DNA from: Naegleria gruberi | Taxonomy: Eukaryota | DNA length: 64,000 bases | Direction: 5' to 3' (one strand) | Assembly (NCBI GenBank): GCA_000004985.1 | Contig: GG738886.1 | In this document: one piece after another, positions 55,139 through 64,000 of the stretch | Numbering within the stretch: position 1 is the stretch's first letter | Layout: each line of letters begins with the position of its first letter | Made by a program: the position numbers and the translations under genes | The notes under the pieces: model-generated | Databases searched by the model: none | What the model was told of the DNA's origin: nothing | The model's input: only the letters and a program-made list of their open reading frames with translations

Positions 55139-56413
55139 ATGCAAAGACTTTCCCGCCATCTTTTCAAGCCTTGTTCCACAACAAATTCCTCATCCTCGCT
55201 TCTCTCCGGCAATAAGAGAGCAGCCTCTCTTCTCTTGAAGAATTTTATCTACATCAATACACAAGCACAACAGCAACAACAACAACGCTTCTTCTCATCA
55301 AGTATATTGTCTAGAAATAATGTTAGTAGTGTTGTGCCTCCTCCTCTAACAACAGAAGTTGCTACCGCTGCTGCTAATACCACTACTTCTCAAACATTGA
55401 ATACAACAACAACATCAACAGTCGATGCTGCTTCTGTTGCTGCTACTACTACACAAAAGAAGGCTTTTGATGAACCACTTCACGGACAACAAAGTTTTGA
55501 TTTGGATGATTTTGAAGATGACGTTGCTGGACAACAATTGGAAGCTGCAGAAAATATGAGTGAAATGTTTTCATCAATTACCGATTATTTGAATCCTTCT
55601 AAACTTCTTGAAGCTTGTATTATTGCTCTTCATGATGCTGGTTTGCCATGGTGGGGAAGTATTGCCACTGTTGGTTTTGCTCTTCGTCTTGTCATGTCTC
55701 CTCTTAACGTTATGAGTATGAGATCAAGTACTATTATGAGCAAGTTGGGAACATCTTTAACAAATTTGAAAAAGGACCAAGTTGACCCAAAGAAATCACC
55801 AACTGAAAGAGAACATGCCAGAAAGACTTATGAAGAAATTACAAAGAAGGAAGGTTTCAAAATGTCTCACATGTTTTTACCATTATTACAATCACCTATT
55901 TTTATTGCCTTCTTCTTCTGTATCAATAGAATGGTTAGAGAAATTGAAGGTTTACAATGGGGAGGTATGCTTTGGTTCAATGACTTGACTGTCAAAGATC
56001 CAACCTATGTTCTTCCAATTATTTCAGCTTCATGTTTTATGGCTGTTTTCCTTGTCAATACATTCCTTAGAAGTTCAGGATCGGGAAGAATTCAATCTCT
56101 GATTGCTGTTGGTATGGGTGTTTTCTCATTTGCATTGGTTCCATTCACTGGCAGACTTCCAGCTGCTCTTTTCATGTATTGGATTCCATCTAACTTTTTC
56201 CAAATTCTCTTCTATTTGCTCATGTCTAGAAAGCCAGTAAAGGCCTTCTTTAAGATTCCAGAAGTTGATCCAACAAAAGGAAGTAAGGGAGCTATGGGTA
56301 AGGCTGAAAAGGTTTTGGAAAAGTTCTTCCCATCGAAATCAAAGACTCCTTCTATTACCCAAACTAAACTTTTGACAAGACAAGCCCTCGATCAAACCAA
56401 ACGTAAGAATTAA
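55139..56413 (+). CDS. Oxa1/YidC/Alb3-family mitochondrial inner-membrane insertase
   Basis: 424 aa. Presequence-like N-terminus with poly-Q/T. Core LPWWGSIATVGFALRLVMSPL, GMLWFNDLTVKDPTYVLPI, ALFMYWIPSNFFQILFYLLMS. Lys-rich C-tail. Confidence 0.85.
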   Translation: MQRLSRHLFKPCSTTNSSSSLLSGNKRAASLLLKNFIYINTQAQQQQQQRFFSSSILSRNNVSSVVPPPLTTEVATAAANTTTSQTLNTTTTSTVDAASVAATTTQKKAFDEPLHGQQSFDLDDFEDDVAGQQLEAAENMSEMFSSITDYLNPSKLLEACIIALHDAGLPWWGSIATVGFALRLVMSPLNVMSMRSSTIMSKLGTSLTNLKKDQVDPKKSPTEREHARKTYEEITKKEGFKMSHMFLPLLQSPIFIAFFFCINRMVREIEGLQWGGMLWFNDLTVKDPTYVLPIISASCFMAVFLVNTFLRSSGSGRIQSLIAVGMGVFSFALVPFTGRLPAALFMYWIPSNFFQILFYLLMSRKPVKAFFKIPEVDPTKGSKGAMGKAEKVLEKFFPSKSKTPSITQTKLLTRQALDQTKRKN

Positions 56414-56451
56414 ATTTTCAAATAGGAATTATAGGAATAAATATTTACTCA

Positions 56452-59400
56452 TTAAAGATATGAAAAGCATTTACATTTGCAATCACTGACAGGACATTCG
56501 TCATGATGCTTAAACCAATCCACTAAATGTTTTACGTGACCACCATGTTTACATCTTGTGCACCATGAAAAACAGAAATCCATTTCAGTTGTTTGGTTAT
56601 TACCCATAGAATGAGATGGTGATCCAAATGACATTAAGCAAACAGCACATTTTGGAAGTGGCTTTCTACAAGAAGGACAACTGGTTGTTTTTGGCATTGA
56701 GGAAGTATTACCATGTTTTGTGGCTAATTGAGCTTGTCTACCACCCTTACTGGCCAGTAAACTAGAATGATGGAGGGATTGAGAACAGAATGCACACTTA
56801 ATCGACACACTTGGTTGAAGAAGAGGTGCTGTTCCAGAGAAGGCGATCGATTGGGGATGGTGGTGTGGTCCTTCATGATTAATTATATTTTCTCCTCTCA
56901 CGGCTTGCTGTATGCTTATATCTAAGAATGCTCTTTGCTCCCACATCTTCCATCTATCCAATAAATCTCTATAATTTTCCATCCAAATGTCTGAGTATGA
57001 AACATTGTTAGAAAACTTGGAAGTGATTGCTCGATTAAATGCTAAACATGCTGTTTGAACATCTCCCGTCCTATCTACATATTGTTGCATCAACTTGAAA
57101 CTATCAATGGTTTGTAAACCTGTAATAATCAGTCCTTGAATATCCGCCGTGGCAAATGCCTTTTCTTTAAGTGAACTGATATACTTGCCAAGTTCAATAT
57201 CATTGAGATAATAACAAGCAAATGCAATTCTATCACTAACTGGTATGGCTTTTTGATCCAAAACATAATCAACGTTTCTAGGTTCCGAAAGTAAGAACCC
57301 AAAAGCTGCTGACAAGTATGGATCTTTCAGTTTTGGATACAAATTCTTATAAACATTTTGGAATTCTTCTCGTCTGTTTTCATTATAGCCTCCCAAAGCA
57401 TATGCCAAGAACATATAATTACTTCTCTTATCATTATCGCTTAATAACCCCAAAACATTAGCAGCAGTTTTGATATCCAAGTTGAAAATAGCAATTGCTA
57501 CACTTCTTTCATCTAACTGGTCTGCAGGTATTTGTGAATTTTTCAAATTACTTAAATATTCTTGATCCCAGCCACACACGTGCAAACAAATACTTCTTTG
57601 TGGACTTTGATATCTTATTGTTGATCCAAACTTGATTGCTTCAGATTGAGGAGGGTAGATCATATTCTTAGCTGTATTTATATTGGTTGGATACGAATAT
57701 GGAAGTGGCTTGAATGGTAAAATGTCATTTCCAACTTCTTGACCAGTATTTTGATATAAAAGAATAGATGAATCTAGAATGGCTTGGATACCTGTATAGT
57801 AGTGTTCACTTGGTTGTTGTCTATCGTTACGAATATTCAACTCTTTCATTTTGTTAATCCACGACCAAATAATCATTCCATCTGTATCTTTTAAGGATTT
57901 AGAAACTTCAATATTTTGTTTCACATCAACACCAATTCCCTTCTTGGCTCTTTCTTTCATAATACTCATAATATCATTCGATTGGGTGAAATCATTCTCT
58001 ACTACCTCATTATAGTGTGCTGATACTATTTCTTCGTTACATGAAATTGAGAATTTGACAAAATCTTTGAGGAGAGTATATTGGACTGTACCTGTTGAAG
58101 TTGACAACAGAAGGCATCTTGGAATAGTTGGGTGGAAGGAAAATGATGATATCGAGCCGTTAGATGAAAAAACTGATTTGTGGTTAGAAATTTTGTATTT
58201 CACAGACTTGGATTGTTCTGAAAGATCGCAAAGTTTGACAGTATTTGAATCCCTAATAAAGAAACATTAGCAAAAAAATATTGTTATGAAATGCTACTTA
58301 CTTTGTGAGTACACCAATTACATTCTTGTGAGATGTAGACCATTGAACTTGTGAAATTACTGGAGGAGCTTTTTGAACTAATTGTTGAGGTAAAATATTT
58401 GCAATATTGAGTTCTCTAACTGGATTTGGCATTTTTCTCATATCCCAAATCTTGACAACACTATCCTCAGAATATGTTGCAAATTGATTATTGTCGAAAG
58501 GATTAAAATGAATTCCCAAAACTGACTTGTTATGAACAGCAAAATTCTTTGGAGGTTTGTATGTCTTCATTGATGATGCATATTCTCTTAAATCAAATAA
58601 ACGAATATACTTCAAACTAGTACCTAAAAGGAAGCTAGAAGGTTGTCCTGGAATCCATGAAATACTAGTGGCACCTTCACCTGGACATAATTCATAAAGA
58701 GGTTTTGTCACTACCTTAGTTGTGAAATATGTTCTTGATGGTAATTGCAAAGAATTAGAGATGGTATGTTGTTTTTTAACAGGATTTACAAATGAACCAG
58801 TATGTAAACCACTTAATCCACCGTAATCACTACTAACAGTACTTTCAGTATCAGAAATAATACTAGCTGAAGAATTCAATCTATTTACATCCCAAATTGC
58901 AACACAATTTTGTTTTGGTACCTTGTCATAACCTGCTGCAATTAAATTAGTATCCACACTATTCCAATCAATACATCTACAAGGAGGTGATGAAGTTTTT
59001 CCTCTATTGGCTGGGTCTGTTCTTGTAAATTCAGCAAAAACATGTTGATCACTTTGAACATTATCAAACAAAATTGATCCATTAGACAATCCAACAGCAT
59101 GAATATCTCTATCCTCTGGAGACCAAGTACTGCACTATTCAAGTGTTAAAAAACAGTCAATAATAAGACTAAAAAACATACCAAAGCTTCGGATTGAAGA
59201 GAAGTTGTAGAAATTGATGTGAATTCTTGTTTTGTATCAAATTGAATTGGTTTTTCTTCAAGTAAATTATTCAATATCTGTTAATAACAATCGGATCACA
59301 ATAAATTTCAATTATCCTTCGTTACTACATTTTAAATTGATGTAACTACTTACTCTTTCATCAATTTTATAATAGTAAACATCTCTGCCCGATACTACAG

Positions 59401-59518
59401 AAAACCAATTGATTGTATTTGGATTCCATGAAGCAACCGATTGTGATCCATTCAAAAGAGAGAGTGATTGTGAGGAAGAATTTGGAAATATTGGAGGAGA
59501 AAGCACCGACGATAACAT
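56452..59518 (-). CDS. MIOS-like GATOR2 subunit (WD40 repeats + C-terminal RING-like zinc finger), 4 exons
   Basis: join(59518..59354, 59277..59182, 59134..58302, 58252..56452) on the minus strand. Donors are GTAAGT, GTATGT, GTAAGT. Exon 3/4 junction: ...NVIGVLTK|DSNTVKLCDLSEQ, restoring a WD40 repeat. C-terminus CAVCLMSFGS...CFSWCTRCKHGGHVKHLVDWFKHHDECPVSDCKCKC matches the MIOS/WDR24/WDR59 zinc-finger layout. Confidence 0.75.
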
Positions 59519-59940
59519 TTTCCAAGATATATATGATATTAATCAAAATTAAAAATCTAAATAATTCCGCAAACAATTAAAAATCCAGATCCAACTTTGT
59601 CCAGTTATATTGTTGTTTGATTATGTTAATAATAATAAATCAATCGCTGTGATGATGAGATTGTTCTTGCTGTGATGATGACGCTGAAAAATCGCCTCTC
59701 CAACAACAAGAATCAAAAAAAGGCTTTTTTTAAATTATTAAAAAAAATTAACCCGAGACCAAACTCCATTGTCCTGTTGTTGTGCATTCTCGCGAAGTTT
59801 TTCATTCTCCTTGTTGAATAATAATTTTTAAAAACCAACAACACAAATCGGGAGTTTTTCATCAAGATTGTATTGGCTTTTTGTATATAAAGATTAATTG
59901 TAAATAATAATATAGATAATATCAAACAGGAATTTAAAAT

Positions 59941-60393
59941 ATGGAGGATCAATCAACTTCTAGTGATATAAATACAAATTATTCAGATAATCAGAGTGAT
60001 ATTATTGATAGTCACAAAATTATAAAAAAGAAAATCTATGATGAAACGGAGGATGAAAGTAAACTGAGGTTTGAAATGGAATTGGAATTTGTTCAATTAT
60101 TAGCAAATGCCTCGTATTTACAATACCTGGCTCAATACAAATATTTTGAAGATCCTGGATTTATAGAATATTGTAAATATTTACAATATTGGAAGAACCC
60201 TGAATATGCTAGATTTGTCAAATATCCATATAGTTTATTCATTTTGGATAGAATTGTAAATGATGAACAATTTAGAGAGGATTGCAAGACAGCTCATTTC
60301 AGAGATATGCTTCATCAACAAATGCTTCGTCACTGGGGCTTTTATAGGAAAAATAGAGAGGAGGCAATCAAACAAGCACAATCATTCGAGTAA
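59941..60393 (+). CDS. Mediator complex subunit Med31 (SOH1)
   Basis: 150 aa. RFEMELEFVQLLANASYLQYLAQYKYFEDPGFIEYCKYLQYWKNPEYARFVKYPYSLFIL matches the Med31 core closely. Confidence 0.9.
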   Translation: MEDQSTSSDINTNYSDNQSDIIDSHKIIKKKIYDETEDESKLRFEMELEFVQLLANASYLQYLAQYKYFEDPGFIEYCKYLQYWKNPEYARFVKYPYSLFILDRIVNDEQFREDCKTAHFRDMLHQQMLRHWGFYRKNREEAIKQAQSFE

Positions 60394-60406
60394 TTCAATA
60401 AATAAT

Positions 60407-61975
60407 TTATTCGATCATGATTGGTTTTGCTGAGAGAGCTACTGCTTTTTGAGATTTCTTGTCCTTAACAAGAATTCCCTTTCCAGCAACGAGATGAGCT
60501 CCTCTTTGGAGTGGGAATAGTGGAATAAATACGTGTCTTGATTTTAAAGGTTGCAATTCTCCAACAGCTTGGAGAGATGATCCATTAATTGCCAATGGAT
60601 ACATCTTGTCACTATCCAAATGAATACTCAAATCCATTACATCTTTGGAATAATTAGTAATTTCACATACAGCATAGAATGGTGTATAGAGTGTAAAGCT
60701 TTCTTGAGTATTATTATTATTATTTGATCCCAGAATGGTAAATTCGTCAGGTATAGATGAAGTAAATCCAATAATTGAAGCTTCCAGGTCTTGTTTTGGT
60801 ATTAATTTGTGAGGAATAGGGTTTGTTAAGAGCATACCACATTCTCCCATGGTATTCTTCCATTGGAGAGATATTTTACCAAGAAAGACAGAATTTTGTG
60901 TTACATTCATAGCTCTATTCTTTGAGTTTGGAACGAGTTCGAATAAAAATCTCTTTGATTCTCCTCTCAATAATGGATGTTCAAAGTAATTTTCGGAAGT
61001 ATTATGAACTGATTGATCCATCAATTCATATCCAAAATTTGGTTCAAATTTTACAGATTCAATATACAAGGATGGTGTTTGTGTTAAATTTTGTAAATCT
61101 AATTGTACAAAAACATGGTTTCCAAAAGTGTTTACCTTAACTTTCATACCAAGAGGATCATAGACTTTGAATGGAAAATGTTTTCTAAAGCTTCTCACTC
61201 TTCCCTCTTCAGGATCATAATATGAAACTAGACATGTCAAAACTGTCTTGTCCTCATCATCTTGAATGTCATCCGATGAAGTTAATGGGTGTTCAATAAT
61301 GAAATCCTACTCATCACAATAAATCCACAACAATTATAATAAATTAATTCAAAATTCCAATAATAAATAGTAAATTTCCAATTATTATTTCATCAGCATC
61401 ATCATGACAATTATTAAACTAACCTTGTTTGTCTTGGATCCGAGTTGATCCAAAGGAGTTGAACTAATATCTAATAGTGTTTGCTTTGTTGTTTTTCCTT
61501 TTCCTGTAACCAATTCAGCAGTCACTGAAATATTTTGAATAACTTTGTACGATTCATTGTGAAGAGAAATGTAACACTTGAGATGTTCTCCAACATAGAT
61601 AGCACCTGGAGCACTTGGTAAACACCAACCATCATTATAACCCAAACTATCAAATATAATACAGCGATCCAAAAGACTTTTTCCATTATCTTCAAGGCCA
61701 GGAATTTCAATGAGTGTATCTTCCTTTTGTTGTTGTTGCTGAGAAGCTCTCAGAGGCATTTCATTCCCATAGATTGATTTTACATCCGACACATAATTTG
61801 GCGTCTTGTAAAATAATTTATAATCACCAAGAGCATCAGTCTTTTCGGGAAGAATCGGAACAGTGAGAGAAAAATCAGGTTTCTTCAATCTCATCAGTTT
61901 GATGCTGATTGGATGAGGTGTCTCAACCATCGGTTGCAACATGACTGATTGTCTTCCATACAATTGATCAGACAT
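60407..61975 (-). CDS. TRAPPC13-like (DUF974) trafficking protein particle complex subunit, 2 exons
   Basis: join(61975..61424, 61306..60407). Donor aag|GTTAGT; 117-nt intron; acceptor TAG|GATTTC. Joined protein ...LDQLGSKTNK|DFIIEHPLTSSDDIQ...TVLTCLVSYY. Exon 1 matches the TRAPPC13 N-terminus (IKLMRLKKPDFSL; IYVGEHLKCYISLHNESYKVIQNISVTAELVT). Confidence 0.75.
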
Positions 61976-62181
61976 TTTTTTTAGATATTTTCAAATTTTA
62001 AATAAAAAGCAAAACTTTAAGCTGTTTTTTAGTTCACACAAAGAGTAAGGCACATGTTCATTATTGGTGTGCATAAATACATAATCATGAATTTGTCAAC
62101 CATCACAACACTGTCACATCACTAACAAAGGTCAGCTCTATATTTACTTACTTTAAAATTACCAAAAAAATAACTTTAAAA

Positions 62182-63837
62182 ATGCAACAAGCAACTTCAA
62201 GTCTAGAGGCTAACAAAGACAATGATAATCAACAAGACTCCACCTCACCATCATCCCATCAGTCTTTTCCATTAAATTCTAACAATGTTTCGAATAGGAG
62301 AACAACAATCACAGAAGAGTTGTTTAATCGTGGAGTTCTCTACGGAAAAGAGAAGGAATATGAAAAAGCCTTTCAATGTTTTATGAAAGTTGCTGAAGAG
62401 TGTGAGTGTGCTGATACACAATTTAAAATTGCTTATTATTATCATATTGGTTTGGGTGTTGAGAAGGATATTCGAAAGGCTTTCGAATGGTATTTGAAGA
62501 GTGCAGAGAATGGTTTTGCCAAAGCACAGTGTAATGTTGGATTGCTGTATCGTTTTGCAGAGGGAGTTGAACAGAATCTACCGAAAGCTTTCGAATTCCA
62601 TTTAAGGGCTGCTAAACAAGGTATAACAACCTCTATGCTTGCTGTTGCTTGTTCATACGAGTTGGGAATGGGAATAATGAGAGATATTTCGAAATCATTT
62701 GAATGGCTTTTGAAAGCTGCTGAGAATGGTGATGTAGGCGCTCAATATTATGTCGGCCATGCATATGAGATTGGAGAGGGTGTTGAACCAGATGATACAA
62801 AATCATTTGAATGGTATTTGAAAGCAGCTGAACAAATGGACGTAAGAGCACAATTAGCAATTGGCATTTCTTTTTATTGTGGAAGAGGAGTCACGGAAAA
62901 TCAAAGAAAATCATTCGAATGGTTTCTGAAAGCTGCTGAACAAGGTGATAAATCAGCACAATTTTATGTTGGATGTGCATACGATTCTGGAGAGGGTGTT
63001 GAGAAGAATAGGTATAAAGCATTTGAATGGTATCTTAAATCGGCTGAGAATGGTCATAAAGATGCACAATTCAATGTTGTTTATGCATACGAAAAGGGAG
63101 ATGGGGTTGAAGAGTGTTTCAGCAAAACAGTGTTTTGGTTAGCGAAAAGATTGAATGGTAATTTTCAATTCATTGAAAACCCTGAAGAGCAATTTGGATT
63201 AAAGGATTTTTTGTCTGAAGATTTGGCACATTTTGAGAATATCACTGAACCTGTGATTGTCAGATTTGAAGAGAGGGATTTTACAATTTCCTACGAGTTG
63301 TTGAAACATTCAAAATACTTTTCAACAATGTTGAATTTAAACTGGAATAGGTTTAATGAAAATGAGAACAAACATATTGTGCTCGATTTGAGATCTATTC
63401 AATCTGAAATATTTCAAGAACAACTTGATTGCAGTCAGATATTTGAGAATTATATTAATTGCTTAAGAGGTGGATTACCAACTAGTTGCGAAATGCAGTT
63501 GCCAGTGATTTATTTGGCAAGATATTTGGGAGATGATTCGTGTATTTTAAAAATTATGAAGAAGTCGAGTTTGTTAATGAGGTATTATTTTCTATTTCAA
63601 TTGGAAAGTCATACTAAACTTCATGTAGCCTTGGCAAGTTGTTTCTCTTCCAAACTAGCACCTACAAGAGACCTTTCAGAGGGTGTACTTGAAACACTAC
63701 TTGTTCAAAGTGAATTATCTTGGCCTGCGAAAGAAAGGATTTTTGGAGAGTATAGTCAAAGATTCAAAACACCAATTTCGTTAACGTTCAGTAAGTCATT
63801 CATTATTAACAATTATGATATTAAGCTTAATAGATAG
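62182..63837 (+). CDS. Sel1-like repeat (SLR/TPR-like) protein with C-terminal BTB/POZ domain
   Basis: 551 aa. About seven Sel1 repeats (KAFEWYLKSAENG..AQ..VG..Y..G.GVE.D..KAFEW...), then a BTB-like segment (PVIVRFEERDFTISYELLKHSKYFSTMLNLNW...HIVLDL). Confidence 0.8.
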   Translation: MQQATSSLEANKDNDNQQDSTSPSSHQSFPLNSNNVSNRRTTITEELFNRGVLYGKEKEYEKAFQCFMKVAEECECADTQFKIAYYYHIGLGVEKDIRKAFEWYLKSAENGFAKAQCNVGLLYRFAEGVEQNLPKAFEFHLRAAKQGITTSMLAVACSYELGMGIMRDISKSFEWLLKAAENGDVGAQYYVGHAYEIGEGVEPDDTKSFEWYLKAAEQMDVRAQLAIGISFYCGRGVTENQRKSFEWFLKAAEQGDKSAQFYVGCAYDSGEGVEKNRYKAFEWYLKSAENGHKDAQFNVVYAYEKGDGVEECFSKTVFWLAKRLNGNFQFIENPEEQFGLKDFLSEDLAHFENITEPVIVRFEERDFTISYELLKHSKYFSTMLNLNWNRFNENENKHIVLDLRSIQSEIFQEQLDCSQIFENYINCLRGGLPTSCEMQLPVIYLARYLGDDSCILKIMKKSSLLMRYYFLFQLESHTKLHVALASCFSSKLAPTRDLSEGVLETLLVQSELSWPAKERIFGEYSQRFKTPISLTFSKSFIINNYDIKLNR

Positions 63838-64000
63838 TAATATACTCCATCTTTCCTTTAAGAGTTACCCAAGCTCGATAAAACGTACAGTAAAAAACGA
63901 AAATGTCACCTTTAAATTGAAAAAAGGAAAAGAGGATGAATTCAAAAAGTTGATAATCACTAGCTCTAAAATAATTAATTTCTTTGGAAACAATGCTAAA

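Noticed and set aside
1-64000. Prokaryotic interpretation (operons, defence islands, CRISPR arrays, two-component operon for the histidine kinases)
   Set aside because: Spliceosomal introns with GTAAGT donors restore conserved motifs in at least ten genes. The window has eukaryote-specific genes (Mediator Med31, TRAPPC13, MIOS, 14-3-3, G-alpha, Sec7, cathepsin B) and a class II eukaryotic-type tRNA-Leu. No direct-repeat/spacer arrays are present. This is a eukaryotic nuclear locus.

Overview
This is a gene-dense, AT-rich eukaryotic nuclear region. About 38 protein-coding genes sit on both strands, separated by only ~25-400 nt. Introns are short (36-120 nt) with GTAAGT or GTATGT donors. Start codons lie in an A-rich context (aaaaATG). 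Proteins carry poly-Asn/Gln/Thr tracts, many EGF repeats of the CxGHGxC type and hybrid histidine kinases. These traits point to an amoebozoan, most likely a dictyostelid-like social amoeba with a more GC-rich, compact genome than D. discoideum; this is an inference, not a database result. Genes from left to right are: a partial gamma-glutamyltranspeptidase, a small membrane protein, a secreted PLD-family (HKD) enzyme, a broken LRR gene, and two tandem hybrid histidine-kinase paralogs with patchy near-identity. Next come an SRPBCC/Bet-v1-like protein, an RGS-domain protein, a PIH1-domain protein (3 exons), an ABC1/ADCK kinase, and a 1324-aa Sec7 (ArfGEF) protein with Ras-like GTPase motifs split around the Sec7 domain. 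Then an F-box/RNI-like LRR protein, a cathepsin-B-like protease that appears spliced into an EGF-repeat/TM stalk, three dispersed DUF4116-repeat genes, a 2OG-Fe(II) oxygenase (3 exons), PNKP, and two divergently arranged F-box-like genes. The window also holds a compositionally distinct Harbinger/PIF-type DNA transposon (Myb-like ORF plus intact DDE transposase), a divergent 14-3-3, a tRNA-Leu(CAA), a G-alpha-like pseudo-GTPase, Oxa1, a MIOS/GATOR2-like WD40-RING gene (4 exons), Med31, TRAPPC13 (2 exons) and a Sel1-repeat/BTB protein. No rRNA or CRISPR array is present; it is a eukaryotic locus. A recurring oddity is that at least seven gene models need a 1-nt frame change, mostly +1, to stay open. 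Splice coordinates that I worked out by hand are approximate (about +/-2 nt). Start codons that the ORF track reports at TTG/GTG were moved to the first in-frame ATG where that was obvious.
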